This document shows positions 20,006 through 29,728 of a DNA stretch of 64,000 nucleotides, in pieces (positions within the stretch are counted from its first letter, which is position 1; every line of letters starts with the position of its first letter). This DNA comes from a bacterium (GTDB taxonomy: Bacteria; Hinthialibacterota; Hinthialibacteria; Hinthialibacterales; Hinthialibacteraceae). The notes below the pieces were generated by a model. The model was not told the origin of the DNA, did no database searches, and saw only the letters and a list, made by a program, of their open reading frames with translations. The stretch covers positions 192,001 to 256,000 of the forward strand of contig CAXXMV010000003.1 in assembly GCA_963662285.2 (NCBI GenBank), given 5' to 3'. Both the position numbers and the translations under genes were made by a program.

Positions 20006-21103
20006 CTACTTGTTATTAGACAATTCCCCAATCAACTCTCGAGTAACCGAGGTCATCGCCTGTGCGTAGGTTTCCATATCGATTATCTGGAACCGTTTAA
20101 TCGTGCATGAATCAGGGACGTCTTTGTATGACTCTTTACCTGCGTCATCCACATGGACTTTGACTGGTGAGAAGGTGAATATCTCCCATACTTGGTCATC
20201 ACTGCGCACTTTATCTGCTGGAACAGAAATCCAATCGCCTTCGCGGATCACGTATTTCCGGTTCGCTATATATGCAAAAACAGCGGTGCACCACAAGTTT
20301 CGATTGCCCGACAATACTTTCTGTTTTTCATTATCAAGCGCATCTTTATGCAGAAATGCGATGGGGTCGCTTTCGTCTTTATGAAGCAATGCGTAAATGA
20401 AATAATTGAGTACCGGCGCGGACGCATCCTGCAGAAGCTCGGCGTGACTGGCTTTCCAGTAAGATGCTTTTCCATCATCGTTATGCCAAAGCCCGCCATC
20501 AAAACATGGAACCCAATACAAAGGTAATCCTGCGTTCATCAAGCATTTATAGGCGTTGGGATCAAGTCCGACATTATACTCCTGGAATGCTCCTTGAGCG
20601 TCGCCGATGAAATTGAAAATTCTGGAGACCTTTTTCCTGAATAATTCCGGCTTTCGGTTATAAGCAACAGCCACATCACGTAAACTTCCTACTGCTATGA
20701 TTGTTACAGGAACTTGCGATTGTTCGAGCGTTTCTAATATCAGCAATACGGCTTGCTGGTATTTATCCGCCTCGTCGAGACGTTGGTCGGCGGGATGCTC
20801 CAGTTTTTGAGATAGCCCGATAGCACAGGGAACATTGCGCCCGGTCAGGTGATTGAGTTGTCCAACTGGAATGCGTCCCGGCTGTTTATCCTGTTTCATG
20901 CCTTGATCGAGGATGATCGCCTTGATATCAATTTCAGGAATGGCGAAGATGGACGCCAGATCAAAATGATCATCGGGATCGTCATGTGGATGAAAAAGAT
21001 CCGAACAATAGATCAGTGGAATCTTAACATCATCAGCACTTGTGTTGATCATGGAGGATTGCATTAAACAAAACAACATAATAATCGTGATTAATCTATT
21101 CAT
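20006..21103 (-). CDS. Inosine-uridine nucleoside hydrolase superfamily protein with signal peptide
   Basis: N-terminal Asp cluster SDLFHPHDDPDDHFDL, IIAVGSLRDVA, EYNVGLDP. ATG 21103 preceded by GGGAG (track start 21115). Confidence 0.7.
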   Translation of the reverse strand: MNRLITIIMLFCLMQSSMINTSADDVKIPLIYCSDLFHPHDDPDDHFDLASIFAIPEIDIKAIILDQGMKQDKQPGRIPVGQLNHLTGRNVPCAIGLSQKLEHPADQRLDEADKYQQAVLLILETLEQSQVPVTIIAVGSLRDVAVAYNRKPELFRKKVSRIFNFIGDAQGAFQEYNVGLDPNAYKCLMNAGLPLYWVPCFDGGLWHNDDGKASYWKASHAELLQDASAPVLNYFIYALLHKDESDPIAFLHKDALDNEKQKVLSGNRNLWCTAVFAYIANRKYVIREGDWISVPADKVRSDDQVWEIFTFSPVKVHVDDAGKESYKDVPDSCTIKRFQIIDMETYAQAMTSVTRELIGELSNNK

Positions 21104-21245
21104 GTTAACTCCCAAATCTTACCGTTACCGGAAGATTACTATTTTGGATTGAACTGTATTATAATGAATGTAACCTGCATTATTCCACTACTGTGGACTA
21201 CTATGTATAAAATATTATATGAATCATTATGGTAAGGATTGGAAA

Positions 21246-22634
21246 ATGAACATACTCTATCGCGCATATTTAATATTTATCTTTTCTCTAATCGCTGCAT
21301 TAACCTGGGCGGATGCTGCAAACGAACGTCCGAAAGTAATAGCTGGATTTGGTTCATCAGTCTGTCATGGTTCTGGCGATCATCTAGGGCAAGGCGGCTA
21401 CATTGGCCGTTTGCAGGAGTTATTGCAAGTACGCGGCTGGACAGTAGTCGATGTTTCGCGCGGCGGTGATAATACCATAACCATCAATGACCGCTGGGAA
21501 ATTACAGATAAAAAGCCATTAAGAACTGTTCAGCAAGGCTTTCATATACTGCCCCATAAACCGGGCTATGTCATTATCGGTCTCTCCCTCGCTAACGAAG
21601 GCATTCGTAAGGATGACGCCGCAGCGCGGGAAAAAATCTTCCAACAATTCCGCACTGGTATGCTTGGCATCATTGAGCGCTGCCGCAGGGAAGGGATGCA
21701 GGTGATCGTGGCCAACTGCTACCCGCATGGAGAATACTCGCCGGAACAATATAAAGCCGTAAAGCGTATGAATCTTCTCATAAACAACTGGGATGTTCCC
21801 AGCATAAACCTGCTCGGTTCAATAGACGATGGATGTGGACGTTGGGTGAATGGATTCGACAACGATCCGGGACACCCCAATGGCGGTGGACACGAAGAGA
21901 TGTTTTACGCCATCACCCCTTCGTTATTCGACGCCATTGCTATGGGAAAACCGCAACCATCTTATGTCGATGGAAACGGCTGCGTGCGAGTTGTTGATTC
22001 ATCCAACGTCGCGTTATCATTCACGCCTGATGATCCAATTCATTCATTTACAACAACATTCGAAGTGCGGACTGATGGAGATTGTATATTGTCTTCAATC
22101 TCAGGATCGGCAGGTGTTCTTGAAAATACAAAATACCTATCATCTGGTAAAGAACAAACAAGTCTCCAGGTCAAAAAAGGAATCAGCCCCTTTAGCGCAT
22201 CCCTATCAACTGAAAATGGAAAATTGGTTTACACTTCTTCAACGGGGAAGAAAATTTTCAGCAAAATTGAACTACCCAAAAATAAATGGCGCCGCATTAC
22301 TATATCGCACCGCTGCGCTAAAGGTGAAACGCTGGTTTATGTTGATGATCAAATAATTGGCGTACTACAAGAGCGCATTATTCCCGAATCATTCAACCTG
22401 GGAATCTCCGGAACCGCCGATTTCAAAAACTGGATGGTCTACCGTTCATCCCTTAATGAAGATGAAGTAAAAGCGCTATGCAGCGGCAAACTCATAAAAT
22501 CCAGTTTGGAAATCTACGCTCCGCTGAACGATGAATCGTTCATTGCTGGTCAACCAGTCAATAATAAAGCGCAGAGTCTATCTCAAGCGATTGTTAAAGG
22601 CAATAACATGATTCATCTGAAATCAGTTGAGTAG
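21246..22634 (+). CDS. SGNH/GDSL hydrolase with C-terminal LamG/concanavalin-like domain, secreted
   Basis: Block I FGSSV, GGDNT, LANEG and block V DPGHPN; C-terminal KWRRITISH...VYVDD...LNEDEV LamG pattern. Alternative start 21219. Confidence 0.75.
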   Translation: MNILYRAYLIFIFSLIAALTWADAANERPKVIAGFGSSVCHGSGDHLGQGGYIGRLQELLQVRGWTVVDVSRGGDNTITINDRWEITDKKPLRTVQQGFHILPHKPGYVIIGLSLANEGIRKDDAAAREKIFQQFRTGMLGIIERCRREGMQVIVANCYPHGEYSPEQYKAVKRMNLLINNWDVPSINLLGSIDDGCGRWVNGFDNDPGHPNGGGHEEMFYAITPSLFDAIAMGKPQPSYVDGNGCVRVVDSSNVALSFTPDDPIHSFTTTFEVRTDGDCILSSISGSAGVLENTKYLSSGKEQTSLQVKKGISPFSASLSTENGKLVYTSSTGKKIFSKIELPKNKWRRITISHRCAKGETLVYVDDQIIGVLQERIIPESFNLGISGTADFKNWMVYRSSLNEDEVKALCSGKLIKSSLEIYAPLNDESFIAGQPVNNKAQSLSQAIVKGNNMIHLKSVE

Positions 22635-22635
22635 A

Positions 22636-24282
22636 TTATTTTGCATCATGATCGAGTGTGCGATAATGTATTCCAGCTGCGTCGAGTCGCTTGAGATGCG
22701 ACGCAAGGCGAGTTATGAACTGTTCATAATTTAGCGATTCTTTGGGCGACCATACCGTCTCTATCAAGGCGCAAGCTCGAGGGTAGGTCAGGTATTCGCG
22801 GTGCTGCTCGCAGGGGATGTATTCACCCCATAGTTGCGCTTGACCACCAAGGATATGCTTAATCAACCCTGTATTAAGTTCAACTGGAACCGGCTCGAAA
22901 GTGTAAACTTTATCAAGCGGGACGGGATTGGCGCCAATTGATACCGGTTCAGTTTTGCTCTGGGGATAATCGAAATAGGTATGTGAGGTGGGCGTCATTA
23001 CCACGTCATGCCCAACTTGCGCAGCCTCAAGTCCTCCCGCCATGCTGCGCCAGCTCATCACCGTAGCGCCTTCAGCCAGACCGCCTTGCAGAATTTCATC
23101 CCAGCCCACCAGTTTGCGACCACGGCTGGTGATATGCGCATCCACCTGTTTGATAAACCAACTATGCAATTCATGCACATCGGCCAGACCTAGTTCTTTC
23201 ATCTGCTTCTGCATTTCCGGTACTGTTGCCCATCGGTCTGCTTGGGCTTCATCACCTCCGATGTGTATGTGAGGACTGGGAAACATTTCGATAACTTCGT
23301 CAAGTACGTTTTTCATAAACTCAATGGTGTACGGTCTGGGTACGACCAGGTTGCCCGCTTTTTCTCGACGCTGCTCAATAGGCAGCGCCGCCAGTATCTC
23401 TGGATCGAAACCGAGTTTGGGATATGCGACGATAGCAGCGCCAGCATGAAAGGGCATCTCAATCTCTGGAACTAACGTCACATAGTGTTCCGCTCCATAG
23501 CGAACTAGCTCGCGGATGTCGTCCTGCGTGTAAAATCCGCCATAGATTCTACCCAAATCGCTTTTTTGACTCATGGAATTATGCCAGCGCGAGCCGATTT
23601 CAGTGAGCAACGGGTATCTCTTGATTTCAATGCGCCAACCCTGTCCATCGGTAAAGTGGATTTGCAAGCGGTTAAACTTATGCAAAGCCATGGCGTCAAT
23701 ATAACGCATCATGTCTTGCTTAGGGATAAAATGGCGTGCTGGATCAATCAGCAGTCCACGCCATTCAAAACGCGGGTAGTCTATAATCGACGCGCAGGGC
23801 AGGGTCCATGCTACGCCCTGAACCGGTGCATGGCGGTAGATGTCCGGTGGCAGCAACTGGCGCAATGTCTGAATGCCGTAAAACAATCCTGCTGGTTTAT
23901 ATGCTTTGAGTTCGATCCGGTTAACTTTTATATCAAGAGAATATCCTTCATCACCCAAATTATCTTGCAACTCCGAATCAATCGACAAACTGATTAGGTT
24001 GCCATCCCGTGTTGCGGCGCCGAGATGTTTGAGACGAAATCCAGTGGCTGGCGCCAGCGCGTCTATCAGTTTAACCGCTTCAGCCGCCGCATCGTCACTT
24101 GCGACGATTTGCGTATCTGGTTGAATCACAAACGATCCACTTCCAATAATCATCTCAACCGGCTGCGGTATAATTGAAAGAGTTGTAATATCTGCTGCTG
24201 CATGATTTGATCCCATTATAAATAATGAAAAGTGGATTACCAGCAAAAAGATTGAGATCGAAATAAATCTTGAAAATGTCAT
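22636..24282 (-). CDS. Beta-N-acetylhexosaminidase, GH20
   Basis: DYPRFEWRGLLIDPARHF, HFTDGQGWRIEI, PEIEMPFH, catalytic HIGGDE, GGQAQLWGEY; AGGAG RBS; signal peptide. Confidence 0.93.
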   Translation of the reverse strand: MTFSRFISISIFLLVIHFSLFIMGSNHAAADITTLSIIPQPVEMIIGSGSFVIQPDTQIVASDDAAAEAVKLIDALAPATGFRLKHLGAATRDGNLISLSIDSELQDNLGDEGYSLDIKVNRIELKAYKPAGLFYGIQTLRQLLPPDIYRHAPVQGVAWTLPCASIIDYPRFEWRGLLIDPARHFIPKQDMMRYIDAMALHKFNRLQIHFTDGQGWRIEIKRYPLLTEIGSRWHNSMSQKSDLGRIYGGFYTQDDIRELVRYGAEHYVTLVPEIEMPFHAGAAIVAYPKLGFDPEILAALPIEQRREKAGNLVVPRPYTIEFMKNVLDEVIEMFPSPHIHIGGDEAQADRWATVPEMQKQMKELGLADVHELHSWFIKQVDAHITSRGRKLVGWDEILQGGLAEGATVMSWRSMAGGLEAAQVGHDVVMTPTSHTYFDYPQSKTEPVSIGANPVPLDKVYTFEPVPVELNTGLIKHILGGQAQLWGEYIPCEQHREYLTYPRACALIETVWSPKESLNYEQFITRLASHLKRLDAAGIHYRTLDHDAK

Positions 24283-24315
24283 TACAATTCTCCTGGATTT
24301 TTAGAATCGCTTTAA

Positions 24316-25677
24316 TCAAGCCTCTATTTGCTTCTCTATCAAACAGGTAATCGTCACATCATCTTGCCCATCCAGCAGAGACTGAATGGTCGCGGAAATT
24401 TGTTCATCCGGTTTTTGATGAGTTGACAATGATCCATTCTTGATACCCAACAGTCTACTCAGAACCTCTTTTAAACTGATCTGATCTGGATTCCCGTTGG
24501 GATAATACATACCATGTAAATTATCCTGATGAACCAGTTTCGCTTTTTCCAACTCACGAAGACAGCGTTTCAATTGTAAAAAGGTCATCTCTTCCAACTC
24601 TTCCAGTTGAGATTGTGAAACGCCAAATTGTTTTTCCTTAAAGTGACGGCAGATATCCAGAAACACATAGATGGTCTGCAAAGGCGTATGAGACGCCCAG
24701 GTTCCGCGTCTGCGTAAACGGATAAGATGACGGTCATAATCCTGAATAGTGGTTGCAATAACAGGACCCAGCAGGAAACATAAATAGCCGTAATACAACC
24801 AGCAAATAAACAACGGAATGGCTGCTAAGGTGCCGAATATCGAATAATACCCTTCCGTAGTCAAGGCGTAATTAATGTAGTAGTCAAAAATCACTTTAGC
24901 CGTCTCCCACAGTATGGCGGATAGAGCGCTGCCGATCAAAGAAGGTATGAAATCAACATGTAGATTGGGCAGATAGCGGTTGGCTACCAGAAAAGCGAAG
25001 AGGGTGAGGGTGTAAGAAACGCCATGCAAAAAAATCCAGGCGCCCCATTCACTGGTCATAAAACTCGATATAGCCTTGGTTGAAGCAAATTGAGTTGTGT
25101 AATAATATGATAACGCCAACAACAAAGGCGTTATGGTAAGCAATATCCAAAAAGCCAGGAAACGGGCGAACAGATTTCTCCTCTGCCTCACCGACCATAT
25201 CTCATTAAAGGCATGTTCGATGCTGTTAAATAAACTGACGCTGGCGATGATCAGAAGAATCAGGATCACAAAACGCAACGATTTGGTATTATCAACAAAA
25301 CTCAGTAACTCACGTTTGGCGCTCAACACCTCTATGTGCTGACTGTCCGCGCCGGGGATGAAATGATCAAAAAAGAAATCAAATACTCTATTGCTGAATA
25401 CTTCCTCCTGGAGGCCTTCAGGACTGGTGACGGTCACCGATTCGCTTGAGGTGAATGCGCTTATTATGGTCAATGAAATTGCCAGTATGGGAACCAACGA
25501 TAGAATAGTTGAATATCCGCATACCGAGGCATGCGCCCATACCCCTTTATCATTGAACAAGCGCCATAAAATTCTAAGGCCATATCCGAAACTAAAAGCT
25601 GAATGTTTCAACTTCACTGGAGTCTTAACTGCTTGCTCCTGATTGGCTGAACTAGCCAGTTCCAATGAATTATCCAA
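24316..25677 (-). CDS. YihY/virulence factor BrkB family membrane protein with C-terminal winged-helix-like domain
   Basis: YSTILSLVP, SIEHAFNEIW, IFGTLAAIPLFICWLY patterns. TTG start with GAAGGA upstream. Confidence 0.85.
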   Translation of the reverse strand: MDNSLELASSANQEQAVKTPVKLKHSAFSFGYGLRILWRLFNDKGVWAHASVCGYSTILSLVPILAISLTIISAFTSSESVTVTSPEGLQEEVFSNRVFDFFFDHFIPGADSQHIEVLSAKRELLSFVDNTKSLRFVILILLIIASVSLFNSIEHAFNEIWSVRQRRNLFARFLAFWILLTITPLLLALSYYYTTQFASTKAISSFMTSEWGAWIFLHGVSYTLTLFAFLVANRYLPNLHVDFIPSLIGSALSAILWETAKVIFDYYINYALTTEGYYSIFGTLAAIPLFICWLYYGYLCFLLGPVIATTIQDYDRHLIRLRRRGTWASHTPLQTIYVFLDICRHFKEKQFGVSQSQLEELEEMTFLQLKRCLRELEKAKLVHQDNLHGMYYPNGNPDQISLKEVLSRLLGIKNGSLSTHQKPDEQISATIQSLLDGQDDVTITCLIEKQIEA

Positions 25678-25698
25678 TTTACATTCCTTCTGGTTTAA

Positions 25699-28107
25699 TT
25701 ATTGATTAATCCATGCTGTAATATCGCCAGCTGAAACCTTCTCATTGTCGATTTTCAATCGATCCAGCGCTTCGACTGTTTTATACGCAGTTTCCGCCCA
25801 ATCTGTTTCAAAAACGCCGTTGGTATTATGCATCAAAAGTCTGCTTGGCGCCAGCAGCGCCTGGGCAGTCCTGATATCACCCGCTCTGCGTAATCCCGGA
25901 ACAAATAATTTTTCCAGATACTGAGCATCATCATTGGAATCAAATTGATCCGCATCAATCACTATGCTTTGTAAATCATTAGTCATGGCCGCCGCCAATA
26001 AACACCACAAACCTGCGGCGCCGCTTCCAATCAGATTGATCTTTTTAATCTCGAAGCGTGATTTAAGAAAAGTGATTGAAGTAATAATATCTTGTACGCG
26101 CAACGCAGTTTCTGATTGGTTGTAAGTCAGAAAATGAGAAATATCAACATCACGCTTAGCTTTGCCAAATGGAGAATTAAATTCTCCCGTCATGAATGGA
26201 TCAATCAATAAAACCGCATGACCGTGATTGAGTAAAGTCTGTACTTGCTCTCCAGGTTTACCCGTTGATGCATTAAACCAGCCTTCTTTTCTATCTTGAT
26301 TGACCAGCAATGTACCATCAGATGATCCATGTAATGGAGAAATAAGGATTGCGGGAATCTCATCACCGACGCCTTTTCTACCGAGTAGCATCTTTTCAAC
26401 GAATAACTCGCCTTGTTTATCAGCTGCGATCCGTTTTATAACCAGATCATTCATATCAGGATTAATCACTCCCAGGCAGTGGCGTAATGCTAAATCTCCA
26501 TCCCGTCTCAAACGGCGAATTTTGCGGTTATCTGTAGGATGTATGTCTTGAAGTTGCTTTTGCGCCATTTCTTTCCAGTCAGTTACTAGTTCTTTTTCAC
26601 TTATAGCATTGTCTGGTAAGTCTCCAGGAAATACGCGCACTTTATTATCTGGTTCCATCGAGAATTTCTGTTCGAGAAAATCAGTTGAATTGTCATTATT
26701 CAAAAACCATTTGCCAAACCATGCATAAACCGCTTCACGGCTTAAGCGGTTATAATTATGGTTAGCATCGATTTGGATCACGCCGACATGGTCAGGCTTT
26801 TCAAATAGATCATAGATTGATTTAACCGCTGGATATTCAACGCGGAACGTCTCATTAGTCCAGTCACCAGTGCAGGACACCATCATCAAAGGGCGCGGCG
26901 CCATCATGGCGCCCAGTTCTAAATTACCAGAGTGGATGCGCATATTAGGCGCGTTCTCGCACAGACAACCCCCCTGAAAATGAGCTGACAGCATATTAAC
27001 TGGAGCAGCCACTTTGATGCGCTCATCAACCGCCATCAATCCATAAGTCTGCGTACCCCCGCCGGAAGCGCCGGTGCATCCAATGCGATCCTTGTCAACA
27101 TCTTCCAATTGCTCAAGAAAATCTATCGAACGCACTGAATTCCAGAAGTGCAGACCATGCAGCGACAATCCCCACAACCACTCCGCGCGTCCACCAAACT
27201 TATGAGACAGTTGTTTGCTGTCAACATAACCGATCATATCTATGGCCAATGCGATATATCCTTGTTTGGCGAAATTGATGCATCGCCCCGGTATCGAGTT
27301 GTTATCCGTGTCGGTCAAACGTCCTTCCGCCCAATGGCCATGAGGGCAGAGAATGGCTGGAAACGGCCCTTGCTTGCCGACCGGACGATATAGGTTGCCG
27401 GTTACGAAAAATCCCGGAAGGCTTTCAAAATATACCTTCTCTATCGAATAGTCATCACGTTTGATTTTATCAAATACTTTGGCGTTTAATTGAGTCCTGG
27501 GCGGTGTGGGAAAGCACCCCATACTAACTAGAAAATGATCTCTTAGTTCCCGTTTATGCTTTAACCATTCACGTTGAGTATTAAAATGAGGAAACGCATA
27601 GAAATGCTTATTGCTCAGCAGGATGCCCAATCGATCATCATCACTTTCATGCACAGCATCCGGGAAGACTTTGCATAAATCAAAATAATTATCCGGTCGC
27701 CATTCTGCATCATCTGCAAAAGCCAACCAACCAACGCTATTATGAGCAAGCGCTTTAGTTTCGGTATTAGAATATATTTGAATTGAGACGAATTGGTTAG
27801 CGCCTAGCTCACATCTACCGAAACGCTTCCATGAATAAACGCCATCAATAGCTTTGGGATCAGGTGATTTATCCAAGACTTTACCATCAATTTCTATGGT
27901 TAGCGATGCAGCATCCAGAGTCCACGCCCAGACGTTGTATTGTCCCTCTTGATCAATTTTTATCCCCTCAAGCGTCGATTGTTGAATCTGGTCATTATCT
28001 AATACAACTACCGAACCGCCGCAAAAAACTGTTGCTGGCATTATGATCAATAATAGAAATAATGTTGTTAGAAATACAGAAGATTTTTTTATTACATCGC
28101 TAATCAT
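25699..28107 (-). CDS. Secreted alpha/beta-hydrolase, acetylxylan-esterase-like, with a degenerate second hydrolase domain
   Basis: IEKVYFESLPGFFVTGNLYRP, LCPHGH, nucleophile motif GASGGGTQT, GGCLCEN, APRPL, HNYN. The second domain has GSGAAG at the equivalent position. Confidence 0.8.
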   Translation of the reverse strand: MISDVIKKSSVFLTTLFLLLIIMPATVFCGGSVVVLDNDQIQQSTLEGIKIDQEGQYNVWAWTLDAASLTIEIDGKVLDKSPDPKAIDGVYSWKRFGRCELGANQFVSIQIYSNTETKALAHNSVGWLAFADDAEWRPDNYFDLCKVFPDAVHESDDDRLGILLSNKHFYAFPHFNTQREWLKHKRELRDHFLVSMGCFPTPPRTQLNAKVFDKIKRDDYSIEKVYFESLPGFFVTGNLYRPVGKQGPFPAILCPHGHWAEGRLTDTDNNSIPGRCINFAKQGYIALAIDMIGYVDSKQLSHKFGGRAEWLWGLSLHGLHFWNSVRSIDFLEQLEDVDKDRIGCTGASGGGTQTYGLMAVDERIKVAAPVNMLSAHFQGGCLCENAPNMRIHSGNLELGAMMAPRPLMMVSCTGDWTNETFRVEYPAVKSIYDLFEKPDHVGVIQIDANHNYNRLSREAVYAWFGKWFLNNDNSTDFLEQKFSMEPDNKVRVFPGDLPDNAISEKELVTDWKEMAQKQLQDIHPTDNRKIRRLRRDGDLALRHCLGVINPDMNDLVIKRIAADKQGELFVEKMLLGRKGVGDEIPAILISPLHGSSDGTLLVNQDRKEGWFNASTGKPGEQVQTLLNHGHAVLLIDPFMTGEFNSPFGKAKRDVDISHFLTYNQSETALRVQDIITSITFLKSRFEIKKINLIGSGAAGLWCLLAAAMTNDLQSIVIDADQFDSNDDAQYLEKLFVPGLRRAGDIRTAQALLAPSRLLMHNTNGVFETDWAETAYKTVEALDRLKIDNEKVSAGDITAWINQ

Positions 28108-28314
28108 TTCCTTCTCCCTTATTCAAATAAGTTTTGATTAAGTTTAAATATCCATAATGCATTGTCCATAATTTATTAGGAGCTGCAAGATATGATGACC
28201 ATTTATCGAATATTAAAATTGGATTTTTATGTCTTATCTACTGTGGAAAACAGCATAATAACGTAAGGATGGAATCAAATATCTAGTTATCCGTCCAACT
28301 AATATCGTAGGTCA

Positions 28315-28448
28315 ACCAAGTTCCCTCTCCCATCGTGAGATCATGGGCGCCAAGGGCAAGACCGCATTGCGGTCAGCCCTTGATCAAACCACCTATTGTT
28401 GGGTGAAAATCACTTAATTTAATGATATTGGCGTCTAGGGTGAGGGGG
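28315..28448 (+). repeat. Composite REP-like element: family-C palindrome split by a segment carrying a family-B palindrome
   Basis: ACCAAGTTCCCTCTCCCATCGTGAGA (28315-28340) and CTAGGGTGAGGGGG (28435-28448) match the two parts of the intact element at 63921-63964. GGGCGCCAAGGGCAAGACCGCATTGCGGTCAGCCCTTGATCAAACCAC (28345-28392) lies between them. Confidence 0.75.
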
Positions 28449-28494
28449 AATATAAAAACACTAAAAGTAAAACAATAATATATCGATATAAAAC

Positions 28495-29427
28495 TTAAGG
28501 CTTATCCGAAATTACCGGCTGTTCAGAGACGACTTTGATGTCTACCTCCATCTTAACGGTTGTTTCGATTGGGTTTCCGCTGCCGAAAGCTGCAATTTTC
28601 GTTGATACATTGGACGATTGTTTAACCGCAATTACTGATCCTTTATCAAGGTTGAACTGATAATGCAGCACCTGCTCGGTTGATGACTCTTCAATTTTAA
28701 TTGGCCCCATCGCCATTGGCATTGCAGCGCCTTTGCCGCCTGCTGACGGATCAATGTCAAAATTTTTCAATATGGTGGAATTTTTGGTCGTGATAAAGGC
28801 AATCTTATCCCCTTCAATTTCAGTAACCTCATCAAGCGTCGACTCAAGGCTGGTTTGTCCGTTACTGTCCAAACCAAGCGCTTTTGAATCAAAACCATTT
28901 TTCCAACTCTCTCCAACTGCAATCTCTTTATCAGGAAGAGTAAAGAAAATCGAATGCCCCATCTGGGTGATATTCATGGCCTGCATACCCATCATGCCTG
29001 ATGACGTTTCAACACCACCTCCTATTATCTCTCCACTGGGCGTCACTTGGATCGTCTCAGAATTTTTGGGAATCATGGCCGATGGCAATTCATTTGATTG
29101 ATTGGCGAAATTCATGGTTCCCTTGAAGTCTTTGACGTCAAATTGAACCGATGCAACGCCATTATCATCCACATCAACTATATTGCTCGATAGCGCCATT
29201 TTCATCTTCATCGTGATCGGCATGGACATCGGACCCAATTGAGTCTTGGTCTCAGAAGTGACGTCAAGCACCAGGTACTGGATATCATTCTTTTTCAGTG
29301 AAAATTTCAGGGAATATTTTTCCCCCGCCTTTTCGCTTTTAGATACTGCTTCCTCCTGCGCATAAACAACACTTGAACAAATTGCAGTTACAATTATTAA
29401 GATTAAGGCCGTACGCATTTTTCTCAT
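28495..29427 (-). CDS. Secreted beta-rich hypothetical protein (DUF6263-like)
   Basis: Signal peptide ending VYA-Q; LPDKEIAVGESW motif; GGAG RBS. Confidence 0.6.
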   Translation of the reverse strand: MRKMRTALILIIVTAICSSVVYAQEEAVSKSEKAGEKYSLKFSLKKNDIQYLVLDVTSETKTQLGPMSMPITMKMKMALSSNIVDVDDNGVASVQFDVKDFKGTMNFANQSNELPSAMIPKNSETIQVTPSGEIIGGGVETSSGMMGMQAMNITQMGHSIFFTLPDKEIAVGESWKNGFDSKALGLDSNGQTSLESTLDEVTEIEGDKIAFITTKNSTILKNFDIDPSAGGKGAAMPMAMGPIKIEESSTEQVLHYQFNLDKGSVIAVKQSSNVSTKIAAFGSGNPIETTVKMEVDIKVVSEQPVISDKP

Positions 29428-29728
29428 TGTATTATCATCTCCAAATCATGCTGATCCCTAATATAACGTTCGGCTAAACGTTTTCTATACTAATAATTTT
29501 CAAAATCCACTTCTATACCATTTTATCATCATAAATCAAATTTCAGCAAAAAATGAGGTTCTTGTAAATGGCGGAAATTTCTTAAAGGTAGCAAATGGCA
29601 ATTGGATTATGCTTGGAAGCGATTATTTCTTATTTTCAATTACTGTTGTTGCAAATATATTGACAGGCGTTGACAAGTTGTATCTATATGAGAGAATATA
29701 TTACTAATATCATCTAGGTGAAAGCAAA

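Noticed and set aside
21850-22356. 168-aa same-strand overlapping ORF
   Set aside because: An alternative frame wholly inside the SGNH-LamG gene with no protein-like motifs.
29660-29675. Tandem TTGACA-N4-TTGACA upstream of the LRR gene
   Set aside because: No well-spaced consensus -10 for either copy, so I cannot tell promoter from operator from chance.
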